From a virus, in the IMG/VR virus record IMGVR_UViG_3300021490_000002, positions 17,255 to 81,254 of that record: a stretch of 64,000 nucleotides of DNA. One strand, 5' to 3'. A program made the translations under genes and the position numbers. Positions 55,859 through 64,000 of the stretch are shown here, piece after piece; positions within the stretch are counted from its first letter, which is position 1; each line of letters begins with the position of its first letter. A model generated the notes under the pieces. It was given only the letters and a program-made list of their open reading frames with translations. It made no database searches and was not told the origin of the DNA.

Positions 55859-56191
55859 TTACATCCTCTTTTTATGCTTTCCAGACATAATATCTTTAAC
55901 AACCTTACGTGAATCTACGTTACTTACAATTGAAATTCCTGTAATCGCTTCAATATATCCTTTTTGTATTTCCTCGGGAATCTCAAATGTAATCATTATA
56001 TCGTCGGCTCTCACTGCAGGAGATGCATCCGTCTGAAATAAAGGCGGTAAGTAAGGCGCTAATTGTAATGTTACACTATTTTGTTTCGCTACAGGAACAA
56101 TCAATAACGGATTGTCTATGCCACCAGACTCGTGTAACTTACCTACTACCAACTCCTTAGTAACCAACTTCGCTCCTATAATCTTACTCAT
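55859..56191 (-). CDS. Phage Sm-like domain protein
   Basis: AKLVTKELVVG...NPLLI...LAPY...P..I..GY...TGI pattern seen in large-phage Sm-like proteins; GAGGGG RBS before ATG 56191. Confidence 0.55.
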   Translation of the reverse strand: MSKIIGAKLVTKELVVGKLHESGGIDNPLLIVPVAKQNSVTLQLAPYLPPLFQTDASPAVRADDIMITFEIPEEIQKGYIEAITGISIVSNVDSRKVVKDIMSGKHKKRM

Positions 56192-56393
56192 TTTTCCCCT
56201 CCTTTGATTCTTCTTCTGGTTGTAAAACCTTAATTGGAGGTTCAAGCTTAGAATACCTATCTATAACTTGAACAATCCCCTCCCTAATCAAATCACTCCT
56301 ATTCCTACAAAAGTTTTCTTGAATACGGTCCAGTGCTTCCTTCAATTCCGCTGGAAGCACTACGTTGATAACTACAGATTTTTTCTCGTTCAT
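56184..56393 (-). CDS. Ribbon-helix-helix (CopG/MetJ-like) regulator
   Basis: VINVVLPAELKEALD...NRSDLIREGI; GGAGG RBS before ATG 56393. Confidence 0.8.
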   Translation of the reverse strand: MNEKKSVVINVVLPAELKEALDRIQENFCRNRSDLIREGIVQVIDRYSKLEPPIKVLQPEEESKEGKNE

Positions 56394-56422
56394 AGTAAAT
56401 CTCCTCCCTGCTTTTTGTGTGC

Positions 56423-56451
56423 AAGATATACACAAAACTCCATCTTGTCAA
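56423..56451 (-). promoter_or_regulatory. sigma70 promoter upstream of the RHH/recombination operon
   Basis: TTGACA (56451-56446)-17 nt-TATCTT (56428-56423). Confidence 0.7.
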
Positions 56452-56464
56452 CCATTTTATATGT

Positions 56465-56496
56465 ATATCAGACCAACATATAAGTTGGTCTGATAT
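56465..56496. terminator. 13-bp hairpin after RNR (terminator and/or operator)
   Basis: ATATCAGACCAAC / GTTGGTCTGATAT, 6-nt loop. Confidence 0.65.
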
Positions 56497-56500
56497 TTTA

Positions 56501-59500
56501 CTAATTACATGCCGAATATCCGCAGTCTGGGTTTAAGCATGTGCCACTTCTACAGGAACCATAGCCTACACGGAAGGTTTTTTCACCACAAGCAGGGCAA
56601 ACTTGGAGGGAGCTTTTATCTATCTCTTCATCCTCACCAGTACTGTCAGTTTCCTTAAGTTCTTTGGCTTCTAGTAAGTAGTTTTCTAACAGATATCCGA
56701 TAGCACCGAAGACATCATTCACGGAAACGCTTTTGTTTTTGTCTGGGAGATAGAGAAAGAATCTGTCCCCACCACAAGTATCCAGAACTTTTATTATATC
56801 CTGGATAGTAACTCTATCCTTTTGCAGCACTTTTGATACTATTCTTCCCAAAGTTCGCAAGGCAATTGAAGAGAATGTATCCAAGGGTGTAAGGTCAAGG
56901 AAAATTTCTTTAAGTTCTCCATCCCAGTGGTTTCCTCTAAGGTATAAATTACCCCGAGGAGTCTTAACCTCTAATTGAAGTCCTGTCCTAATAAAAGGCC
57001 TTATCTTATCTTTCTTCTCTTCCTTTTCTGTATCTTTACCAAAATCAACTGGAGCCATGTTTAAACATCCATCTCTAAATACAGTCACACCTTTTAATTT
57101 ATGGTGATAAGCTGCAACAAATATCTCTTCCACATCTTTCGGAGTAGCGTCATTAGGGAGATTGTAGGTATAGGATATTCCCATGCATATATTGTCTTGA
57201 CCTACTGCGTGCATTTCCATTTTTCTCTTCCAATCTAATTCCAATTCAGTTTTTAACACATTTTGCACTTTTCTCGGAAACTCTTTTAAACCATCAGCCC
57301 TACCTTTATTGTTATAAATCTTTTCAAGAAGTTTCTCGTTGAAGTCAACACCATACCTCTCACAAATAATCTTCAAGGGCTCTGGGTAAACAGTCCATGT
57401 ATCTCCACTAGAAGTGTGTTTCTTCCAGCACAAAGAAAAATGAGGAACAAAAGAGTAAGAAGCACCACATGAAAGTGCAGTAGAACCAGTAGGCGCAATA
57501 CAAGTAACTAAACTATTTGCTATTCCTTTCTTCCAGTCGTAATAAGTATCGCCAACAATTTCCTTAAACTCCTCTATCTTTGAGTAGTATAGTCGCCCTA
57601 GAATATCTTCCATGTTATGCCTGGAAGAGAACTTAAGCGGTTTTAATAGTGGATTGTTGCTATAATCTTTCTCCTGGGCAAAATACATAGAGTAATGATA
57701 TGCCCTATAAGTTAGGAAGCTACATATTTTTCTAAACAATTCTATTGCTTCATCTGAATCATAAGGAATTTCCTTGAGAATTAGAACGTCTGCGTAGCCT
57801 ATCAATCCCAATCCAATAGGAGCTAGGCCTTCCATTAAATATTTAAAATTCTTATGCGGATATGCAGTCTTCTGTAAAATCCTATTTAAAGCTAACACAC
57901 CATACTTTATATAATAATCAAATAACTTCCAGTTTATTTCGTAATCTTCAGTCAACACCTTCACTAAGTTAATATGACCTAAATTACAAACAAACCAGTC
58001 TGGGCCTGAGACCTCGCCACAGTTCCCCGTACAAATGCCATTAAATACTAAAGCATGATTTACAAACTCAGTTGTATCAAATACAGGCTCTCTTCCCACA
58101 TACTCTATGGCTACCACTGTATCCTCTCGCTCATTTGTTACAGTTGGAAGCCCATCCAAGTATTCTGTAATCTCATCATAATAACGTGAATAAGGAACAC
58201 CTATGTTCTCGAGAAAATTGTTAATATCAATATCATCTTCTATTTTTAGTACATGAGTTGTCTTTTCTATTACACCGTTAAGAACTGGTTTTACTATCTT
58301 TTTCCTTGCACATCTTCTACTAAATATACCAAAGTAAGTAAGCAAGACTTGCAAATCTTTCAAAAAACTCTCATGTGGAGAAAAAATCTGTAAACAAAGA
58401 GATTGCTTTTCTTTACTTACAGTCCCTTTTCCTGCGAAGTATCCCACTATAAAGGCAGCTACCATTCGTTTCGTTCCAGACCAGACAACTTCTGGAATAG
58501 AGTATCTTGTTTCTTCAAAAACACCACAACTCTCTACAAACTCCTTAAGTTTCTCAGACGCAAGAATCTTCTTAACAACTCCCTTTTTAGAATCCTCTTT
58601 TTCAACCCATTTGGCATTCTCATCAATATATTTACGTATATAAGACAATAAAAGTTGTTCTAACAATATCTTTTCAGATTTGGTACGAATACAAAAACCT
58701 GCCTTTGAGTCATTCATATAACCATCAGCGATGAAAAAGCCTAAGATAAATCCCTTAGCATAGTCCTCATCAGTCCCTTCTGGAAGGTCAATGCCTCCGC
58801 TATAAATCCACACTTTGTCGCCGACATTCATATCAGCTAACTTTATTTTACCTCTATTTGTGTAAAAATCATGCCATCTAGTAGCTTTTAGTTCATATCC
58901 AGCTTTAGTCCTTACCAACCAAACATCTGCCTCTTTTGAAGTCATAAATACAGGAACAGCCTTAAAGTACTTTTTATCTTCATCCCCAGATTGCCTAATA
59001 TCCTGAACCACAACTAAATCCTTCCCCGAACGATATAAGTCTATTATCCGCTTATACCCCCATACAGTTAGCAATCTGGAGTCAGCAGTTACGCACGGGT
59101 TGGTTGAAATAATATCACCATAAGCTGGGTCAGGATTATCTATATTCATTCTATCATAAAATAATAAACCTGGGTCTCCACATTCCCATGCCTTGCTAAG
59201 AATTATCTTCCATAGTTCTTTACCATCAAATGTCTTTCCTGCATACGCAGACCTCTCTCCTATTGGAGATTGATACGGTATTTGCGCATCCCCATCACCT
59301 AATACTGCGTCCATAAATGCATCTGTTACACAAACTGATATATTCATGGAAGTAAACTTACTTCCTGTATTATCTTTAGCTAAAATAATATCCTTACAAT
59401 CAGGATGATTAAACATCGCTGATATCAGATTGGCTGCCCTCCTACTTTTTCCTCCAGACTTGACTTGTTCAGCAATTTCCTGAACGACTCTTAGATACGA

Positions 59501-59869
59501 TAAAGGTCCTGATGCCCTTCCACCGCTGGAGATAGGAGCGTTTCTTTCTCTTAAACGAGTTATTGGAATTCCTGCGCCACCACCATCTTTATATATAGTC
59601 GCAACTGTACGCCACATTTCAGTTATGGAATCCATAGAATCTTCAAGACCTGTTATAAAGCACGCACATAAACACTTTCCTGGGTCTCCAGCATTCATCA
59701 TAGCTGGTGTATTCAGTCTAAAGACATCGCCTTCAAGCATTTCAAAGTATATTCTCCTTTCCTCATCAATATTCCCCAAATAAGTAGCTATCCTCTTATG
59801 ACATTCTGTTATTGTCTCTCCAGGATTCAAATAGAGTTTTTCATATACTTTTTGTTTAACTGTCTCCAT
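56501..59869 (-). CDS. nrdJ: Class II (B12-dependent) ribonucleotide reductase with intein and C-terminal Zn ribbon
   Basis: NTPAMMNAG, ACF, GGKSRRAA, GDPG, TNP|CGE, IGLG, APTG, KGVTVFRDG, CPAC...CLNPDCGYS. Confidence 0.9.
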   Translation of the reverse strand: METVKQKVYEKLYLNPGETITECHKRIATYLGNIDEERRIYFEMLEGDVFRLNTPAMMNAGDPGKCLCACFITGLEDSMDSITEMWRTVATIYKDGGGAGIPITRLRERNAPISSGGRASGPLSYLRVVQEIAEQVKSGGKSRRAANLISAMFNHPDCKDIILAKDNTGSKFTSMNISVCVTDAFMDAVLGDGDAQIPYQSPIGERSAYAGKTFDGKELWKIILSKAWECGDPGLLFYDRMNIDNPDPAYGDIISTNPCVTADSRLLTVWGYKRIIDLYRSGKDLVVVQDIRQSGDEDKKYFKAVPVFMTSKEADVWLVRTKAGYELKATRWHDFYTNRGKIKLADMNVGDKVWIYSGGIDLPEGTDEDYAKGFILGFFIADGYMNDSKAGFCIRTKSEKILLEQLLLSYIRKYIDENAKWVEKEDSKKGVVKKILASEKLKEFVESCGVFEETRYSIPEVVWSGTKRMVAAFIVGYFAGKGTVSKEKQSLCLQIFSPHESFLKDLQVLLTYFGIFSRRCARKKIVKPVLNGVIEKTTHVLKIEDDIDINNFLENIGVPYSRYYDEITEYLDGLPTVTNEREDTVVAIEYVGREPVFDTTEFVNHALVFNGICTGNCGEVSGPDWFVCNLGHINLVKVLTEDYEINWKLFDYYIKYGVLALNRILQKTAYPHKNFKYLMEGLAPIGLGLIGYADVLILKEIPYDSDEAIELFRKICSFLTYRAYHYSMYFAQEKDYSNNPLLKPLKFSSRHNMEDILGRLYYSKIEEFKEIVGDTYYDWKKGIANSLVTCIAPTGSTALSCGASYSFVPHFSLCWKKHTSSGDTWTVYPEPLKIICERYGVDFNEKLLEKIYNNKGRADGLKEFPRKVQNVLKTELELDWKRKMEMHAVGQDNICMGISYTYNLPNDATPKDVEEIFVAAYHHKLKGVTVFRDGCLNMAPVDFGKDTEKEEKKDKIRPFIRTGLQLEVKTPRGNLYLRGNHWDGELKEIFLDLTPLDTFSSIALRTLGRIVSKVLQKDRVTIQDIIKVLDTCGGDRFFLYLPDKNKSVSVNDVFGAIGYLLENYLLEAKELKETDSTGEDEEIDKSSLQVCPACGEKTFRVGYGSCRSGTCLNPDCGYSACN
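58022..59095 (-). mobile_element. LAGLIDADG intein (358 aa) inserted at NP|CGE of RNR
   Basis: Starts CVTADS, block B TRWH, LGFFIADG endonuclease motif, ends NGICTGN followed by the catalytic Cys. Confidence 0.93.
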
Positions 59870-59895
59870 TCATAACCTCCTTCCTACTTTTTAAC

Positions 59896-60099
59896 TTACT
59901 TAGCAATTTCCTCAATAATAGATATGTATGCCGACGGTCCCACAGTAAAGCTATCGGAAACGGCGATACCTTCTACTCTTACCCACTCTACTGGAATTCC
60001 ATCATCGTCATTACAACGTCTTGCGTCATCAAAGTCTTTCAAGTAGGCCATAGGACCTAAAACACATAACCTTTCTTTCTGTATGTCTTGACTATCCAT
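59896..60099 (-). CDS. Small hypothetical protein
   Basis: GGGGG RBS; operon packing. Confidence 0.5.
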   Translation of the reverse strand: MDSQDIQKERLCVLGPMAYLKDFDDARRCNDDDGIPVEWVRVEGIAVSDSFTVGPSAYISIIEEIAK

Positions 60100-60111
60100 A
60101 AAAACCCCCTA

Positions 60112-60798
60112 CTAAGCTGGCGTACCTCTAATAATTAGAGGCGGTATAATTCTTACCTCTAAGTCATTCCCTGCTTCCCTGGGATGGAAAAATACATCAC
60201 AACCAGTAAAATATTGAAGTGCACTATCTGATGTATTTAAGCATATAGGACCTGCACTCTCCGACTTCAACGAAACAGACTGCTTTATCCTTGGAACTCT
60301 TCCCGCATAAAGTGAACATAACTTATACCCAATACTATTTGGAAAAGTAACTTCTTGAAGTACCGATTCAGTTCCGCCAATAGTAGAAAATATTTGCAAT
60401 ACTCCTTCTGGGCATAACTTCCTTAAAGAGTATCTATCAGTTGCATTTGTAACTTCCACCCTAAATTCGTATGGAGTATTGTGGATATAGTATAAAGCCA
60501 GAATATAAACTCTTTTCATGGGAGTAGGGAATAAATACGTTCCCGAAACACCACCTAAAACCCCATTAAATTTAATTAAAACTGTATTTGGCCACACGGT
60601 ATCTAACACTACATCTACCCATTCGGAGTGAGTCCAAGTAAACTTTTCATAAATATCTTTAGCATTATTAAATACTTCAATAAGTTCCATAGACCCATCG
60701 ACAGAATGAGGAAACAAGTGTGGGTCAGTGCGGACAGGAACTTGTGCACATTCCCACCAACTCAAATTCCCTAAAAACGGATTATACTTAAATGGCAT
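60112..60798 (-). CDS. Putative virion protein with NPF N-terminal motif
   Basis: ATG 60798 with GGGGG RBS gives MPFKYNPFLGNL, like the N-termini at 18381 and 19097. Confidence 0.55.
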   Translation of the reverse strand: MPFKYNPFLGNLSWWECAQVPVRTDPHLFPHSVDGSMELIEVFNNAKDIYEKFTWTHSEWVDVVLDTVWPNTVLIKFNGVLGGVSGTYLFPTPMKRVYILALYYIHNTPYEFRVEVTNATDRYSLRKLCPEGVLQIFSTIGGTESVLQEVTFPNSIGYKLCSLYAGRVPRIKQSVSLKSESAGPICLNTSDSALQYFTGCDVFFHPREAGNDLEVRIIPPLIIRGTPA

Positions 60799-60808
60799 AC
60801 GTACCCCC

Positions 60809-61339
60809 TTATGCTCCAGTATGACCAAAGCCACCTCTGGAAACTGTCTCTGTCTCCTTTTCTGTAAAAATAATTTCATATTTATAGCACATACGTTCTA
60901 CCACTCTAAATTGTGCTATTCTCTGTCCCAGCCTCAACGTAGTCCCCCGTGTAAAATATGCTACCAATCCCCAAATGTCCTCGTCACCTCTAAAATCATT
61001 ATCAATCACACCCATAGAATTTCCTACTAAAATCCCATGTTTAAGAAATAACGAACTTCTGGGAAGGAGATGAGCTTCGTAAGGTTCAGGGAGAGCTATA
61101 GAGACACCTAAATTCAAAACGCATCCAGTCCCTTTCTTAAAACTATACTCGTTGCCGTGTACCTCGTAATCTTTTCCATGAAGTATAGAATCTTTGCTTG
61201 CTGGATGTATTCCACAAAAACTTAAATCAATCCAATCGCCATGCATTTCTACTCTCGCAAAATCTGAATGGGTTTTGATAGCTATAATTACTGGTTTCCT
61301 AAGACCTACCTTTATAGTCCTCTCTGTTTGTTTTACCAT
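60809..61339 (-). CDS. dut: Trimeric dUTPase
   Basis: GDWIDL, PRSS, GVIDNDFRG, RIAQ, RGGFGHTG. Confidence 0.92.
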   Translation of the reverse strand: MVKQTERTIKVGLRKPVIIAIKTHSDFARVEMHGDWIDLSFCGIHPASKDSILHGKDYEVHGNEYSFKKGTGCVLNLGVSIALPEPYEAHLLPRSSLFLKHGILVGNSMGVIDNDFRGDEDIWGLVAYFTRGTTLRLGQRIAQFRVVERMCYKYEIIFTEKETETVSRGGFGHTGA

Positions 61340-61340
61340 T

Positions 61341-61568
61341 TTACACCTCCACTTTCATATTTATTTTATCATAACAATCTTTGCATAGAAAAAAGACAGT
61401 TATTAAAGGATTGCTGCCTTTAAGTAGGGCCGATACAATATACCAATCTTCCTCCATATTTTTAATTGCTTTCTCACACCTTTTACAAACCATCTGTTCT
61501 TGAAATCTTCCCTTCTGTTCAGCGCTAAGCTTTATAATATTTTTAACTTCCATTGACATATTTTGCAT
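61341..61568 (-). CDS. Small Zn-finger protein
   Basis: CKRC...CKDC. Confidence 0.55.
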   Translation of the reverse strand: MQNMSMEVKNIIKLSAEQKGRFQEQMVCKRCEKAIKNMEEDWYIVSALLKGSNPLITVFFLCKDCYDKINMKVEV

Positions 61569-61571
61569 GGT

Positions 61572-61856
61572 TTACTCCTCTATCTCTAAAATAGGTTCTC
61601 CCTTTTTTAAAGTTGTTGTACCTCCATGAAGGTGAAAGAGAACAGCCTTCAATTTGTCAGGTTGAAAATCCACTAAATAAAATATAACCCTCTTCTTCCT
61701 CCAGATATAAGAGCTCACCCTCACACATTTACCTGCAGGTATATCATCCGTAGATGTCAACCTTACAGTAAAAATATCTTTTTCAAAGATTTCCCAAGTA
61801 TCTTTTGAACTTCTGTGTGGGGGTAGAGAAGTTATAGTTCGTAAATGTAACTTCAT
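61572..61856 (-). CDS. Hypothetical protein
   Basis: Operon packing; GGGAG RBS. Confidence 0.5.
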   Translation of the reverse strand: MKLHLRTITSLPPHRSSKDTWEIFEKDIFTVRLTSTDDIPAGKCVRVSSYIWRKKRVIFYLVDFQPDKLKAVLFHLHGGTTTLKKGEPILEIEE

Positions 61857-61860
61857 TGTT

Positions 61861-62685
61861 TTACTCCCGTTTCTTATTTAGTCTAATTTCCATATAGTCT
61901 TTATGGAATGAATAAGCATGAATACCTTTAGATGAGTAAGCTATTGGACCAGGATTCACTCTGGGAAGAAAAGTTGCGACGTACTGATTGAGTAGGGCTA
62001 TTCCACCGATATTTGTAGGCCATCCGCCAACAGCATCCCAGGAACGGAATACAACATCTGTCTGGAGATAAAAGTTACCGTTATCGTCTTCTATAACTTT
62101 AAACCCAATACCCCTAAGACATGGACTTGTAAGCCTCTCTGTTTCGTCTTTATATGGGACTTCATATCCCAGATTTAATTCTGGATAACCAACGTTAATG
62201 TAGCAATGCTCGTTTCCATACCCGTGCTCTTTAAAATGATGTATGACCCACTCAATCATATTCGGAACTGCAATTCCTCTTCCTAATAAAGACAGTAGCT
62301 TCTTTTCCTGAGACGTATAAAACTTTGTAATTGTGTGATGGATAGGGGGCATTCTAAGTTCTCCACCGACTAGAAACGTCCCATATTTGTAGTGTTCATT
62401 TTCCGCAGTGACTCCGTTCAAAAGATAGTTTAAAAAATATTCTTCAATCTCCTCTTCAGATGTAGGTGCTGGAAGTCCAAAGTTTGGGGGAACATAGGGA
62501 CACTTAGGTTCGTGAGGATTGTGAATATAGCCCGCAATGTAATCCAACGAATACCTTGCCTCACCTTTGTAAGAACCTGACGTTATCTCGTATTTTTTAC
62601 CATAAGTATAAATAGCATTCAATATGTCAAACCAAGCATCATCCACCGTATAGTTTTCTAAGAAGATTGGTTTAAATTTTTTCAT
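61861..62685 (-). CDS. thyA: Thymidylate synthase family (archaeal-like ThyA type) protein
   Basis: SPCLR catalytic Cys, FRSWD, WPTN, HAY. Confidence 0.8.
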   Translation of the reverse strand: MKKFKPIFLENYTVDDAWFDILNAIYTYGKKYEITSGSYKGEARYSLDYIAGYIHNPHEPKCPYVPPNFGLPAPTSEEEIEEYFLNYLLNGVTAENEHYKYGTFLVGGELRMPPIHHTITKFYTSQEKKLLSLLGRGIAVPNMIEWVIHHFKEHGYGNEHCYINVGYPELNLGYEVPYKDETERLTSPCLRGIGFKVIEDDNGNFYLQTDVVFRSWDAVGGWPTNIGGIALLNQYVATFLPRVNPGPIAYSSKGIHAYSFHKDYMEIRLNKKRE

Positions 62686-62701
62686 CCTCTACCTCCTTCT
62701 G

Positions 62702-62902
62702 TCAATTATCTCTACAAATAAGCTCATCCTCTAATTCATCAATCTTGTTACGTATAGCTATCCTTACTAACATATCCTCCTCTTCAGCATACCACCTTTG
62801 TAAAAATCTTATTATGTTTTGCAAGTAATCGTTTGGAATACTGGAGACAGGAAGAACCTGTCCCCGTGCGTTTATCCAATACCCTGGAACAAAACATTCC
62901 AT
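62702..62902 (-). CDS. Small protein, paralogue of 63283-63489
   Basis: WINARG...YLQNIIRFLQR. Confidence 0.65.
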   Translation of the reverse strand: MECFVPGYWINARGQVLPVSSIPNDYLQNIIRFLQRWYAEEEDMLVRIAIRNKIDELEDELICRDN

Positions 62903-62918
62903 CCTACACCTCCTTCAC

Positions 62919-63281
62919 TTACCACATACAATCTTTAGCTATATCTACCAATCTTAAAAAGACTTCATCCTTCACCTTTTCTTTTGGGTCTAACTCCTCG
63001 TAAGGAACAAGGTCTGGGTGAATCTTTTTAGATGGGTCGTAAACTGGACCATACTTCCAACCCATTTCAAAATACTTTGACATCCATGAATCGTGTGCTT
63101 CTTTAAAGTCCTGAAATTTCCTTTTCCCCGAACATAAATCAGTTATTAACTCAACAAATTGTTCCTTAAACTCAGGTTCTCTATCTTCCCAGGGAGCAGG
63201 AACTACAGGACAACCTAAACACTCTGCATGTAACCTTGCAGCCTCATACACAAACTTTGCTCTTGCTTCATTTGTATTCAT
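62919..63281 (-). CDS. RyR-domain protein
   Basis: HDSWM...GWKYG...KKIHPDLVPYEELDPKEKVKD. Confidence 0.85.
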   Translation of the reverse strand: MNTNEARAKFVYEAARLHAECLGCPVVPAPWEDREPEFKEQFVELITDLCSGKRKFQDFKEAHDSWMSKYFEMGWKYGPVYDPSKKIHPDLVPYEELDPKEKVKDEVFLRLVDIAKDCMW

Positions 63282-63282
63282 A

Positions 63283-63489
63283 TTAAAACGCTCCTCTTTT
63301 TAATAGTTCCTCTTCAACCTCTTCTATTTTTTCTAACAATGTCTTTTTATCCCAGCTACCAGATAACTCCTTCCGTTCATACTGCCTTTTAAGAAACCTC
63401 ACGATGTTTTGTAAATAAGAGGTTGAAATATCGGATAAATTATAGACCCTTCCTTTTTTATCAATCCATTTACCCCGAGCCATCAACAT
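63283..63489 (-). CDS. Small protein, paralogue of 62702-62902
   Basis: WIDKKG...YLQNIVRFLKR. Confidence 0.65.
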   Translation of the reverse strand: MLMARGKWIDKKGRVYNLSDISTSYLQNIVRFLKRQYERKELSGSWDKKTLLEKIEEVEEELLKRGAF

Positions 63490-63504
63490 TCCACCCCTCC
63501 AACC

Positions 63505-63756
63505 TTATTTATTCCCCTTTGATTTTCTGGAAGAGAGGAGTAAAGTTGTTTCTTCTAAAACTTTTTTCTTTACCTTCTCTACCTTACCTACATTCTTTGT
63601 GCTTTTGAATTTCGCCTTTCTTGAGTTTGAAATATCTCTTTTAACTTCATTAGGGGATTGTGTGTGAAGTTTTTTAAAGGTTTTAGTGCCTAAATTCATT
63701 CTAAACGATTCTTTGTTTTCTAATAGGCTAGCATATTTGAGTTTTCTTTTTTTCAT
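63505..63756 (-). CDS. Small Lys-rich hypothetical protein
   Basis: GGAGG RBS; operon packing. Confidence 0.45.
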   Translation of the reverse strand: MKKRKLKYASLLENKESFRMNLGTKTFKKLHTQSPNEVKRDISNSRKAKFKSTKNVGKVEKVKKKVLEETTLLLSSRKSKGNK

Positions 63757-63949
63757 AACAACCTCCTTGTTTTAAAATTTCTACCTTAAAGCCCCCAAAA
63801 GGCCTCAAGGAATCTACCATAAACTCCTTCCCGCAAGGACATACAGCTTTATACACTGTCTTTCCTGAGACCACATCGACAAAATAAGACGTATGTCCTG
63901 TAAGCGGTCTATGGATTCCTAACACACATAAGAGTTTACCTAAAAACAT
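63728..63949 (-). CDS. Small hypothetical protein (CxxGxH...CxC)
   Basis: KLLCVLGIH and CPCG, typical small phage metal-binding motif. Confidence 0.5.
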   Translation of the reverse strand: MFLGKLLCVLGIHRPLTGHTSYFVDVVSGKTVYKAVCPCGKEFMVDSLRPFGGFKVEILKQGGCYEKKKTQIC

Positions 63950-64000
63950 AACTAAGCATCCTTTGTTTTTAGTGCTTGCCTTAACAATTCCAGCGGAACA

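Noticed and set aside
60799-60879. N-terminal extension of ORF 60112-60879
   Set aside because: It overlaps the dUTPase 3' end; the ATG at 60798 has an RBS and gives the shared NPF N-terminus.
1-64000. tRNA/rRNA genes, integrase, CRISPR array
   Set aside because: Intergenic gaps are nearly all under 80 nt, and I saw no cloverleaf, recombinase motif or repeat-spacer pattern.

Overview
The whole window is a dense, AT-rich segment of a large tailed (most likely siphovirus-like) phage genome with two convergent arms that meet at a hairpin at ~40.3 kb. The + arm (1-40.3 kb) is mainly structural. It holds a 3174-aa tape-measure protein, putative distal-tail/baseplate proteins, a tail fibre with chaperone, collar and kelch proteins, a BR0599/DUF2163-type hub, a split tail-tip protein, several cement/decoration-like proteins, a spermidine-synthase homologue, terminase small and large subunits, and large accessory virion proteins. 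The - arm (40.3-64 kb) is mainly replication and nucleotide metabolism: ThyA-family enzyme, dUTPase, class II ribonucleotide reductase with a LAGLIDADG intein, RuvC-like resolvase, RecA/UvsX, gp32-like SSB, histone-like proteins, primase-helicase and a UDG-family-4/PolA fusion. It also unexpectedly carries the portal, the scaffold, an NlpC/P60 and paralogues of virion proteins. I recognised no major capsid, tail tube, integrase, tRNA, CRISPR array or reverse transcriptase. The most notable observations are an extein-less, apparently inactive intein-like gene, two aminopropyltransferase-fold genes (one intact next to terminase, one degenerate), an apparently circularly permuted gp32-type SSB, a UDG-PolA with an altered base pocket, several apparent pseudo-enzymes, and apparent genome-wide GATC (and CCGG) avoidance. 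All calls come from motif recognition by eye; no searches were run.
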